NCBI RefSeq assembly: GCF_009914755.1
Contig: NC_060938.1
Origin: the human T2T-CHM13v2.0 reference genome, Homo sapiens
Length of the DNA: 64,000 nucleotides
Direction: 5' to 3' (one strand)
The translations under genes and the position numbers were made by a program. The notes under the pieces were generated by a model, which searched no databases, was not told where the DNA came from, and saw nothing but the letters and a program-made list of their open reading frames with translations. Below, piece by piece: positions 1-11,937 of the stretch; position 1 is the first letter of the stretch; the number at the start of each line of letters is the position of its first letter.

Positions 1-671
1 AATATAAATTTTATTAAAAGACAAAATTTATTTCTTTTCCTGTGTAGTGTGGCACTAAATTAAAATTTAATTATTCAGTCAAACTTAATAGTACATGTCA
101 GTTACTGAACTAGCTACTGGGAATACAACAGGCAAAAACATAAAGTTGAAAGAATAAGACACCAGTACTATGCACATTTTGTTGTCTTTATATAGTTTGG
201 TAAACCTGGTTTCAATCCTGGGAAAAAAGAAAAGCAGTTGAGATCAGTAAAAAAGAAATCAACATGTATGTAAGTGCCTTTTTTTTTTAATCCAACACTG
301 GGTCTTAATATCCCTTAATGCAAATTCTTAGCTTCAGTCAAATCAGCCTCCTTACTGTTTAGACTATCAAAGAGGTAAACTGTCCTTACACTTATCCTTT
401 TGTTTCCATAGACATTTGCCCTTATTTTGTGTTTAAAACACCTTTATGATATGTGCTAAAAAACCCTAGATCATGAGTTGAAAAGCAGACTACCAATGTA
501 ATTACTACTACTGTGCTTTTTCCAGATGAACATTAACTGTCAGCACAGAAAATATAGCCTGACTCAGACCATTCCTTGGCAATGGAAAGTCAAAGTACCG
601 GAACAATGATATCATCAGATAATCCAGTTCTCTTACTTTCTTTTGCATTCTGCAGTGTCACATTGTCCTAA

Positions 672-1315
672 TGTTGTAGGAGTTATTAAGAAATTATTTT
701 AAGCAGATAGAGAGGAAAAGGGGTCCTTGGGAAGTTTTCTTTTTTTAAGCATCTCTGGAAAAGTTTCTTGTAAAGTCCCAGCTCTCAGAGCCAGGCTAGC
801 AACTTTTGATATGCAAATGTAGACCATTAGAAACTGGGTTCACCCAACATGGTGATTCCAGCGGCTTTCTTGTCCTTGCCCCACATGTCCCTGGCAAATG
901 GCTGCCTCCACATATCCCCACGTGTGTAGAACATCATGGTGTCCTGCATTTGCATATTAAAAGGCCAGGGTGGGAGGACCAGCTTTTTCCGGGTCATGTG
1001 AATGACATGCCTGGTCAAACCAATTCCCTGAGCCCTGTGCAAATCAGACACCGCCTCCTCCAGCCTTTGCATATATACCTGGCTTGTGTCCACTGCACTT
1101 GGGAACCCCCTCTTTTGGCTTTGGAGCCCCCACCCCCACCCCCGGCTCTGTCTCTGTACAGGGGAGCTTCTTTCTTCTGTCTTCTCCCTTCCTTCTTGCC
1201 TATTAAACTCTCCGCTCCTTAAAACCACTCCATGTGTGTGTGTCAGTATCGTTTTTTCTAATTCGACATGAGGACCAAGAACCCTGGTGTTCCTTCGCAC
1301 ATTGGAGCCGTATCA
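672..1315 (+). mobile_element. Solo ERV1 LTR, LTR9 family
   Basis: Starts TGTTGTAGGAGTTATTAAGAAATT and ends GGAGCCGTATCA (TG...CA). ATTAAA polyA signal near 1202. 4-bp TSD ctaa/ctga. Matches recalled LTR9 consensus. Confidence 0.85.
811..955. promoter_or_regulatory. Octamer (POU/OCT) motifs inside LTR9
   Basis: ATGCAAAT at 811-818 and ATTTGCAT at 948-955, plus degenerate GTGCAAAT near 1037. Motif presence only; activity unknown. Confidence 0.5.
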
Positions 1316-1582
1316 CTGAGCCTGGATCTTAGCCCAGATTTATGATAGGTGCCAGAGTTTCCTGGAGCTACCGCTTTTTCATTCTTATCATGTAGAAAAG
1401 TTTAACCTGATTGATCTGGCTGAGAACTCATACCTGCACCTGACCTTATCACTGAGCCTGGATCCTAGCCCAGATTTATGATAGGTGCCAGAGTTTCCTG
1501 GAGCTACCGCTTTTTCATTCTTGTCATGTAGAAAAGTTTAACCTGATTGATCTGGCTGAGAACTCATACCTGCACCTGACCT
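1311..1582. repeat. 136-bp tandem duplication (2 copies)
   Basis: 1311-1446 and 1447-1582 are identical except for 2 substitutions. Confidence 0.97.
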
Positions 1583-1971
1583 TACCACTGTGACAAGCAG
1601 CATGAAGGGACTGACTGGCTAAAGTGACATTATTCACAACACAACAGAAGTAAGAGGTGGTGCCAACTTCTGCACAATCAGATCATCCCCAAATTAATAT
1701 TTGGGGATGTCGGAAAGTAAAAACCTGGTGGAAAGCAGCTAACAAAGATTGTCAATGTCAGAGACAGGACTGTATTAAAAGCAGGGGGATATGACCCCAA
1801 AATTAAATTCCCTAGGAAGGAAATACAAAGCACATGTGATTTGCAGTCCTTCAAATGTGATAGCCAGATTTTTAGCATTAAAAATTAACATCATTGATGA
1901 GTTAGTAAACTGCTAATATTCCATATTGTTTATTAGCAGAGATTTGTAGGGTTAGATAAATCACATTTTAT

Positions 1972-2000
1972 AAAAACAAAACAAAACAAAACAAAAAACA
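1972..2000. repeat. (AAAAC)n microsatellite
   Basis: Direct inspection. Confidence 0.85.
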
Positions 2001-2753
2001 CATAGAACTTTCTCTGACACAAATCCAGTTTCAAGCATTAGTTTTAAGTATTGGGACAAGCTCATACATGAGACAGTTTTGTTAAAAAATTCTGCTAGTA
2101 ATAGTCATAATACCTATGATGCTAACAGTTCTGCAAATGCTAACCATAAGCTGTCATAATCTATACTTAACATTTCCCAAACACGGAACCAGTGTACAGA
2201 AAAAGTGATAACAAATTTAAACTGTAGCTTAAAAACCTGGGCTCCACAACTGGTTAATCAGGTTAGAACCATCAATTTTACTTTTAAAAACACAAACTTA
2301 TTTTACTTTCTCTGGCTTTATGTAAAAACAGTTCTATAAACCTCCTCAAGTTAGCTTCTAGACCACTTCCATTTAGACATTCCCTGGAGTGTTTCCTTCA
2401 AGAACTCGACTCTGTGGCTATTTTTTCTTTAACAATGAGACTTGATGATATTGAAGAGCCCATCTAAGATTCATGCTTTTTGTTTTTATAAAAATTGAAT
2501 ACCAAAAATTGACAATATGATCCGGGAGCAGAAGGATCTCCAAAGCAAACATATTTGCATATGGGTCTAACAAATCATTTTCTTAGTTTATTGCAAATAT
2601 ACAATAAAATTTCCATGTTAATTCATTCAATTAGTTTTCACTAGGTCCGATCTCAGTCACCTTATAGTAAAGGTCATTCATTGTTTCTGACTACAACACT
2701 AAGCAATTCATTTTTATTAAGCTCAGTTAAAGTTTACTTGAAATTTTCTCTCC

Positions 2754-2813
2754 ATTCCTTTCCTCCCTTCTGTTTCCCCTTCCCTTCCTTCCTTCCTTCC
2801 TTCTTTCCTTCCA
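2754..2813. repeat. (TTCC)n / pyrimidine-rich tract
   Basis: Direct inspection. Confidence 0.85.
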
Positions 2814-3779
2814 GAAATTCATCCACACAGGCTTAAATAAATTACAGTTTATCTGAATTACATTCCAATAACCTGAAATGTTGCACCGAAGCATACAACC
2901 CTATTTCCTTCCACAATTTTATACCAGACATGTTAACATGGCTTCACACTTTCTGTGATCTCATTCTAGGGTAGAAGTTAAACTGCTTTAATGACTGCTA
3001 AGTGTGATGAGACCTCAAACCTTTCAATAATCTGAAACATATTGCTTTAGTCTCATTAAGATGTCACTTTGTTCAAATATGAGTATATGTCTTTATTATC
3101 TCAATTCTTGGCATATTGCTTTAAAAAACACTGTTTCAAGTTTCTCAGATGACATAGCGTGTTCACATGTCCACAACATCCAGACAAGTTTGAAAATTCT
3201 TCCAGACAAACTGATGCACTTTTTTTTAACTGCTAATGACTCATGACCGAGGGCAGAGCTCTTAGCTTTGTTAGTGTTTTCTACACTACACTCAAGTTCA
3301 TTCAGCATGTCATTTCAACAACATGTGACGTGTCAACTTCAAAAATTAAACAAACCAGAAAACACAACACTTGCACTACAAAGAACTTGTTTTATTCTCA
3401 ACCTTCTATGCTAGCTAAACTTCTCTGAATTTTGTTCCCCACACATCCCACATCTGGCTCAATTCCAGCTTCTGTTTTCTGTTTATTCATCCAAAATGTA
3501 TTTTATCAGCTGAACAATGTACTCAAAGTTTTTCTCATTTAAAGATCTTGTCTCTTTATGCAAATATTTTGTTTCTGACCTAGGGGTTACTGAAAATGTA
3601 ATGTGTTCTTTCCTTTTTCCTTTCAGAAAAATTCTCGTAACATATAAAAAATACAATTGTTCTTAAGTAAATTGAATTATTAGCTACTCATTTCTAATTC
3701 CAAGAATTTCATTTCCACATGATGTCTTTAGGTGTAAATAAAAGGTGCATGCCAAAGTTAGAACTGTAAATTAGAGGTA

Positions 3780-4127
3780 TAGTCATCCCTGGGCATCCAT
3801 GGGGTATTGGTTCCAGGATTCCTCCACGGATGCCATAACCCATGGATGCTCAAGTCCCTTATACAAAATGATGTGGTGTTTGCATATAATGTGCACACAT
3901 CCTTTCGTTTACTTTAAATCATCTCTAGATTACTTGTGATACCAAATATAATGTAAATATTATGTAAATTATAGTTATACTATATTGTTTAGGGAATAAT
4001 CACAAAGAACAAAAAAGTCTGTACAGTTTGGGTGCACACACAATCATCCTTTATTTTTTTCCCGAAATATTTTTGATCTGAGGTTGAACTCTTGAATGCA
4101 GAATCCACAAATATGGAAAGCTGACTG
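3780..4127 (+). mobile_element. MER2 (TcMar-Tigger MITE)
   Basis: Ends (C)AGTCATCCCT...GCTGACTG; core ATCATCTCTAGATTACTT; TA on the left flank. Confidence 0.9.
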
Positions 4128-4512
4128 CAAAGAATAAGTAGTGTACATCTATATATGTACATACAGAAAATGAGAAAAACTTAAAGAAATACATTTAATT
4201 TTGAGTATTTATACTTCTCTCTCTACAAAGCAAAAATTTATGCATGCTTAATCAGTGTCCTAACCCTCTTCTGAGGCACAAAATCATAGTAGTAAAAGAA
4301 AAGAAAAGTTAAAGAAAACCAAGAAACTGCTGATCCACTAACATGCAGCTGAGTCAGGGGAAATGAGACCTATGAATAATTCAGCTTGGTCTGGATTTGG
4401 GAAACAGTGATTATTAGGAACATGAACTTGAATGAGAGACATAGAATCAGCTGCATGGAGAGTGAGCATGGATCAGAAAATTTAAAAAAAAAGATAATTG
4501 AGGACATTTTGA

Positions 4513-4824
<312 letters not shown>

Positions 4825-6301
4825 TGATTTATTTTTTAAATGACATTTGCTATTATCATGAAAGACTAGAACAAAGATGTTAAATTTAATTTTTATCTCA
4901 TGGTAAGTTCATATTTCTTTGACTACAACCTTGTCATGTCAAAACAGGGCCATAAGCAATGAGATATTATTCAGTTTACATATATTGATGTTGATATTTA
5001 CAACCTTTTAATAGTGGTTACTTCTCATGAGAAAGGTTTAGGAGAAGTGAAGGTAGATTTCTATATTTATTCCCTGCATTATCATATAATGAATATTTTT
5101 AGCAAGTATGCATTACTTTTTACAGCTTGAAAATAAACAAGCACATTTTCTACAAGTTATGACACTACAACACTAATATTTTGTTGCTCTACTTGGCACT
5201 TATCATTTAATAATGAGATAAATATTACTTAGAATATAATAAAGAATAGCATTAGGAAAAAATATATAATTTTGAACAACTCTATTGTAGCAAATTCTAA
5301 GAATTTTCACATTATCCCGGAGCCACTTGAATTTCAGCTCACAACACCCCCACACATCTACCCAAATAAAGTATTTCATAAGAAAGTCTTTTTGACCTGG
5401 TTACATCTCACCCTTCTTGCAGTGCTGGCATTTACCATGATAATTTAGCACTATCCCAGTCCATTTTGTACCATACCTCAGTCCTGCCAAAAATTCTCAA
5501 GCTTGTAATCTGTCCCCTGAGACTCTCAATCTATTTTGATTCCAAGATACACTTTATTTATTATGTAAATCCTCATGAAAAGTTATTAGGAAGAGTCTCA
5601 GATGAGAAAGATTGAAATATGTTACTGAACATGTAAAAAAGAAAATCTAGTAACAGATACTTTGGGTATTTCTTCCTCTTTATTTGGGGAATTCTCATGT
5701 AATATTGATTCCAGATACCAATACTCAAATACACATAGACATTCAAACATTCAAATAGAGCTTCAGTACCTGCTACACTGATCATGATAAAACTGAAAGA
5801 GCTCTACTGTAGAGAAGTAGCATGTCCCTCACTACAGAGAAAGCAACACAAACCAGCCTTTTGTTTTTTTTCCAGTTGCTCCTTATTACAAGAACAAATT
5901 AGTCATTTTTATAAAGATATATGTTTAAGTAACTTAATAAAATTTTATGTCTAATCTCAATACTGTCTTCCAGACGTGCTTGAAAATTAGAAGTCAAAAA
6001 TCCCCTTTCTCTTACCTGTGAGGTCGATCTAGTATAGTGTGTTTCTCCGTATTTCTTTTTAAAAATATGATTTAGGCTGAAAGTGGAATTAGAAATCTTG
6101 GTAACAGATTAATATCACAAATAGAATGGACTTCCCAAATCATACAACAAAAAGTAAACATATGGTTATTTTCATAAATGAGGATTGTAATCTTATGCCC
6201 AATAATGCAGACAATTGCTTTTTTTAACATGCAGAATAGTACGTTAAACATAGTAGGTATCAATATAATTTTTCTGATGGATGACAAAAGTTTAAATCCA
6301 T

Positions 6302-6672
6302 TGTTATTAGTCCATTCTCATGCTGCTATAAGGACATACCCGAGATTGGGTAATTTGTAAAGGAAAGAGGTTTAATTGACATAGTTCCACAGGGCTGGGG
6401 AGGCCTCAGGAAACTTACAATCATGGCAGAAGGGGAAGCAAACACATCTTTCTTCAAAAGGTGGCAGGCGAAAGAAGAATGAGAGCCCAGTGAAGGGAGA
6501 AGCCCCTTATAAAACCGTGAGATCTCGTGAGAACGAATTCACTATAACAAGAACAGGATGGGAGAAACTGCCTCCATGATTATCTCCACCTGGACCTTCC
6601 CAAGACACGTGGGGATTATGGGAATTACAATGCACGATGAGATTTGGGTGGGAACACAGCGAAATCCTATCA
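6302..6672 (-). mobile_element. MaLR solo LTR, THE1C-like
   Basis: Reverse complement begins TGATAGGATTTCGCTGTGTTCCCACCCAAATCTCATC and ends GGACTAATAACA. Confidence 0.9.
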
Positions 6673-7221
6673 TCATTTCTGAAAAATTGTCAGATAGAAT
6701 GAGTTTCCTTGCTGACAATAAAAAGATTAAAACCAACAGAATACAACCCAGAATAGAAAAAGAGAACATCTTCTAATGTGAAATCTCCTTAAACTCAGTT
6801 TCTCTTATGACATTCTTGTTCATTCAACACAAATAAACAAAAATCCTATATGTGAATACCAGCACTCACATGGCTCTTTCAAGACTAAAGCTAGATAATG
6901 AATGGGACAGTGCTTGTAAATGGAAAATACCACTCTTAAGCATGCAATATCGCTATAATAACACTGAACAATAATGAGAATTGGTATAATCATTTTCTCA
7001 GACATCAAACTTGCAGATGTGCTTCAAAAGTTCCAGATGCCTAAAACAACCCATCTCTGCATTTGCATGCCCTTTGTTCAAATAATGCATCAACCACATT
7101 TTGAACATACTCTAAAAATTCATTTTAGTGATAATTTTCAAGAGGTGAAACTTTCTTTGGAAAAAATAATATTTATTTTACTAGTTCATAGTTTCATCTT
7201 CTTGTGAGTTTTAATTTCTAG

Positions 7222-7601
7222 TGTTTTAGGCTGACTTATGAATCCTTAAATTTTATATATTGAAGCCCTAACCCCCAGTACCTCAGAATGTGACTGTATT
7301 TGGATATAGGGCCTTTAAAGAGATGATTAAATCAAAGTGAGGGTTTTAGGGTGGGCCCTAATGCAATCTGACTACTTCTTTATAAGAACAGGAAATTTAA
7401 GGACACAGACAGGTCAGGGTGTATGCTCATAAAGAAAAGGAGACAAAGGTAAGCCAAGGAGAGAGGCCTCAGTAAATACCAACCCTTCTGACATCTTGTT
7501 CTTAGACATCTAGCCTCCAGAACTACAAGAAATTAATTTTTTGTTGTTTAAGCCACATAGTCTGAGGCATTTTGTCATGGCAGCCCTAGAAAAATAATAC
7601 A
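7222..7601 (+). mobile_element. MaLR solo LTR, MLT1B-like
   Basis: GAAGCCCTAACCCCCAGTACCTCAGAATGTGACTGTATTTGG ... GGCAGCCCTAGAAAAATAATACA. Confidence 0.85.
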
Positions 7602-8052
7602 CAGATTTTTAGGAAAAATAGTTGTATTCATATCCATAATGAATCTACAAGCTGTAAAAATATTTTATGTCTACACTTGCTTCTTGAAACAGGAGAATGT
7701 ACACATTTTAGCAAATTGTTCTAGTTTAAAATTTAAGAGTCACATTTAAAGTTAAGCTTAGATCCAAGGTTTCTGTGTATTTCACCAAGAAGACATGAGT
7801 TACTCACAAAATAAGTCTTTAGAAACCTCCACTGCATTCGCCTCTGATGCAGTCCACACAGGACATGACTTTGCTGTAGCCGATGGGCTAAGAAGGCCTT
7901 GAGAACAACAGACTCCAGGTTCATTCCACTCTTCTGCCACAGCCCTCGAGTAGTATTGTTACTGAGTAGTCAGTAACAATACACCAGATGATATCATTCA
8001 AAAGTTCAGAGACAAATTACTCCATGGGTAGGTGCATTGATAAAGCTATACA

Positions 8053-8554
8053 CAATAGTCCCCTCTTGTCCATGGTGGGATGTCTTCTAAGATCTGCAGT
8101 GGATGCCTGAAACTGCAGATAGTACTGAACTCTTTTCTACACATACATACCTACAGTCAAGCTTAATTTATAAATAAGGCACAGTACAAGATTAACAACA
8201 GTAATTAGTAATAAAGTAGAACAGTTATAACAACATTCTATCATCACAACTCTTACAATCTCAGGCTTGTATTAAGTAAAATAAGGATGACTTGAACACA
8301 TGCACTGCAATATCATACTGGAAGAGTGTATCTGATAATTGTGACAGCCCTTAAGCAACTATATATCTAGAGCGTGAATTCAGGGTGTGACAGAGCAGGG
8401 AAACTTGAGGTTTTATCACATTACTGAGAATGGTGAGCAATTTGCAAATGATGAATTCTTTATGAAATATTCTGTTTAATATGTTTGGACCTACGGTTGA
8501 CCACAGACAGGTAACTGAAACCGCAGTGAAATCTCAGATAAGGAGGGGCTACTA
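8053..8554 (+). mobile_element. MER44 (Tigger7-derived MITE, MER44B-like)
   Basis: TIRs CAATAGTCCCCTCTT / GATAAGGAGGGGCTACTA; internal match to recalled MER44. Confidence 0.8.
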
Positions 8555-11500
8555 TATTTACTGGAATTACTTATAATTTCTCATTATTATTACACCTGTA
8601 TCTTTAAGCATCTCTAGGTTTTGTCTGAAGGGAAAATAAAAAAGATCTTTTGCATTGTCAGGCTTTCCACAGATGCCTTTTATGAGTTGATGGGACCTTC
8701 TTGGTATTTTATTTCATGGTCATATCTCACATAAACAGCATAAATACTTGCATCTCTGGTCAATGTATATGTATAGGATGTGTTCTACTATTTATCTCCT
8801 CCTTCATCCAAGGTCCTAATTTTTTAGGGTGATAAAATTCAAGCAGAAATGTTTGAAAGCTTCATCCTCAAACTTAATTAAAATGTCTGTTTATCAGCAA
8901 ATATAACAAGCCATAAACTATATGGATGTTTTCGTTTACTTGGTTTTGCAAACATGTCACTTTGATCAATATAAATTTGGTTTCACTCATATATAGGAAC
9001 AGTGCCGAAAGTGACAGCTCAATGATATATATATATCATTTTTTTTTTTAGCCTGACAGAATGAAAGAAGTCTTAGAGGGAGAATTGTCAGTTGAGTCTA
9101 ACTAGGAAGTTTAGAAACAAGGTAGGCAGGTCCCAACTTGTGTTAAAAAATAAAATAAAATAAATTGTAAGAGTTTAAAGTAGGATAAAAGATTATTGCA
9201 AATTTTGGATGGACATGAACTTCTGCAATTTATATTGCCATTTTATATCACAAAGAAAAAGTATTTAAAAATGATGAAGAAATAGTAGATTTTTATTTAC
9301 GGGGAAAACTTCACAGAAAGCAGGTCTGTGTATTTTCCGAAAGAAAATCAAAGAAGGATTATATGGCCATTGCTGAGAGAGAGATATGAAAATACTGAAG
9401 AAAAAAATAACATAAACAGAATGCTTAAAAAAAAAAACAAAAAACATGGCCTAATATTGAAATTGGAGGTAGAGAAGATAACAAAATAGAACCCTCCAGC
9501 AATCAGCAACCCCACAGCAGTAACACCAAATTGAACAACTATCCACACAAGAAAGTACCTTCAGAAGAGCCAAAAATCAGGTGAGTGATCACAGTACCTA
9601 GTTTTAACGCTGTATGAAGGAAAGAGGCATTGACAAGTGTAGCAAAGACAGTCTTGAATTGCCCGTGCCACTAGTCCCCCATCCCTTACAGTAGCAATGT
9701 AGAGCAGAGAGAGAATCTGTGCTTGTGGGAGAGAGAGCCGAGTGATTGTAGGACTTTGCATTGGAACTCAATGCTGTCCTGTCCCAGCGGAAAGCAACAT
9801 GGGGCAGAACTTAGTGGGAACCCATAGAGGGAGCATTTAGACCAGCTCTAGCCAGAGGCATATCATCCATCCCAACAGTTGGAGCAGAGTTCTGCAAGCC
9901 TTGCCACTGTGGGCTAACATGCTCTGGGGTCCTTAAGAAACTTGGTCGTTGCAGGCCACAGACACTGCAATTCCTAGGCAAGTCCTGTGGTTTTATTAGA
10001 CTCAGATCTAATGGACATGAGGTGCATGCAACCTAGTGAGACACCAGCCGAGGTGGCTAAGGGAGTGCTTACATCACTTTTCCCCAAACCAAGGCAGTGC
10101 AGCTTCAGGAGAGACTCCCTTCTTCAGCTTGAGGAGAGGAGACAGGAGAGTTAAGAGGACTTTGTTTTGCAACCTGGATATCAGCTTAGCCATAGTAAAA
10201 TATGGCATCGGGCAGAGTCCTGAAGCCCCCATTCATGCCCTAGCTCCCAAATAACATTTCTAGATACACTGTGGGTCAGAAAGAACCTGCTTCCTTGAAA
10301 GAAAGGACCCAGTCTGGGCAGGATTTAACACTCTCTTACTAAAGAGCCCTTGGGCCTTGAATAAACATCAGTGGTACCCAGGTAGCACTCCTCATGGGCC
10401 TTGGGTGACACTTAGTGCCACACTGGTTTCAGGTGTGATCCAGCCCATTTCTAGCTGTGGTGATCACAGGGAGAGACTCCTTCTACTTGAAGAAAGGAGA
10501 AGGAAGAGGAAATGGGACACCATCTTGCAGCTTAGGTACCACCTTGGCTACAGTGGGGTAGAATATTAAGCGGGCTTCTGGGGTTCCTGATTCCAGCATT
10601 GGCTCCTGAAGGATATTTCTGAACCTGTCCTGAGCCAGAGAGGAAACCATTGCCCTGAAGGAAAAACCCTAGACCAGTCAGCATGCACCAAAAGCCAACT
10701 AAAGAGCCCTTGGGCCTTTAGTGAACATTGATGTTAGTCAAGCGGTACTTGCTGCAGGCCTAGGGCAGTGGTAGCCATGAGGAGGGATTCTTTTTGCACG
10801 AGGAAAGAAGAGGAAAGAGTGAGAAGGACTTTGTCTTGCAGCGTGGGTGCCACTTGAGCCACAGTAGAATAGAACACCAAGTCCATTCCTAAGGTTCCTG
10901 ACCTTAGGCCCTGGCTCACAGATGGCATTTCTGGAATGGTCCTGGGCTGGGGCGGAAGGGAATTCACCACCCTGAAGGGAAGGACACAGCCTAGCTGAAT
11001 TCACCACCTTCGTGTGCTGACTGAAGAGTCCTTGGGCCTTGAGTAAATGTTGGCAACAGCCAGGCAGTTGCTGCTGTAGACCTTGGGCAAGACCCAGTGC
11101 TGTGCTGGCTTCAGGACCCCCAGAGTACCAATGGTTGTGGCCACAAAGGTGCTTGTGTCACTCCTCTCACAGCACCAGGCAGCTCAGCATGGACAGACTG
11201 ATTGTTTAGGAGAAAATAAGGGAAGGGAATAAGTGTTTCTGCCTGGTAATCCAGGGAATTCTCCCAGATCTTACCCAAGACCACCAAGGTAGAACCTCTA
11301 TGAGTCTGCAAGAGTCACAGTATTACTGGACTTGGGGTGACTCATAATGCAGATATGGCTGCAGAGACCAAATATTTAGATCACAGCAATTAATTTCCTT
11401 TGAATACTTTGAAAGCCTTTCCAAGAAGGATAGGTACAAACAAGCCCATCATGTGAAGGGTAAAATAAATACCTAACTCTTTAATGCCTAGACATTGATG

Positions 11501-11937
11501 AACATCCACAATCATCAAGACCATCCAGAAAAAATGACCTCACCAAATAAACTAAACATGGCACCAATGATCAATCCCAGAATGACAGAAATATGTTACC
11601 TTTCAGACAGAGAATTCAAAATAACTGTTTTGAGGAAGCTCAGTGAAATTTAAGACAACACAGAGAAGGAATTCAGAATTCTATCAGATAAATTTAACAG
11701 AGATTGAAATAACTGTAAGAAATCAACAAGCAGAAATTCTGGACCTGAAAAATTCAATTGAAATACTGAAGAATGCATCAAAGTCTCTCAACCATAGAAC
11801 CGATCAAGCAGAAGAAAAACTTAGTGAGCTTGAAGACAGGCTATTTGAACATATAGAATCAGAAGAAACAAAAGGAAAATGAATGAAGCACACATACAGT
11901 ATCTATAAAGTAGCTTCAAAAGGGCAAATCTAAAAGT

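Noticed and set aside
806-1300. 138-aa and 157-aa ORFs
   Set aside because: Entirely within the LTR9 solo LTR, overlapping on opposite strands, with no recognisable domain.
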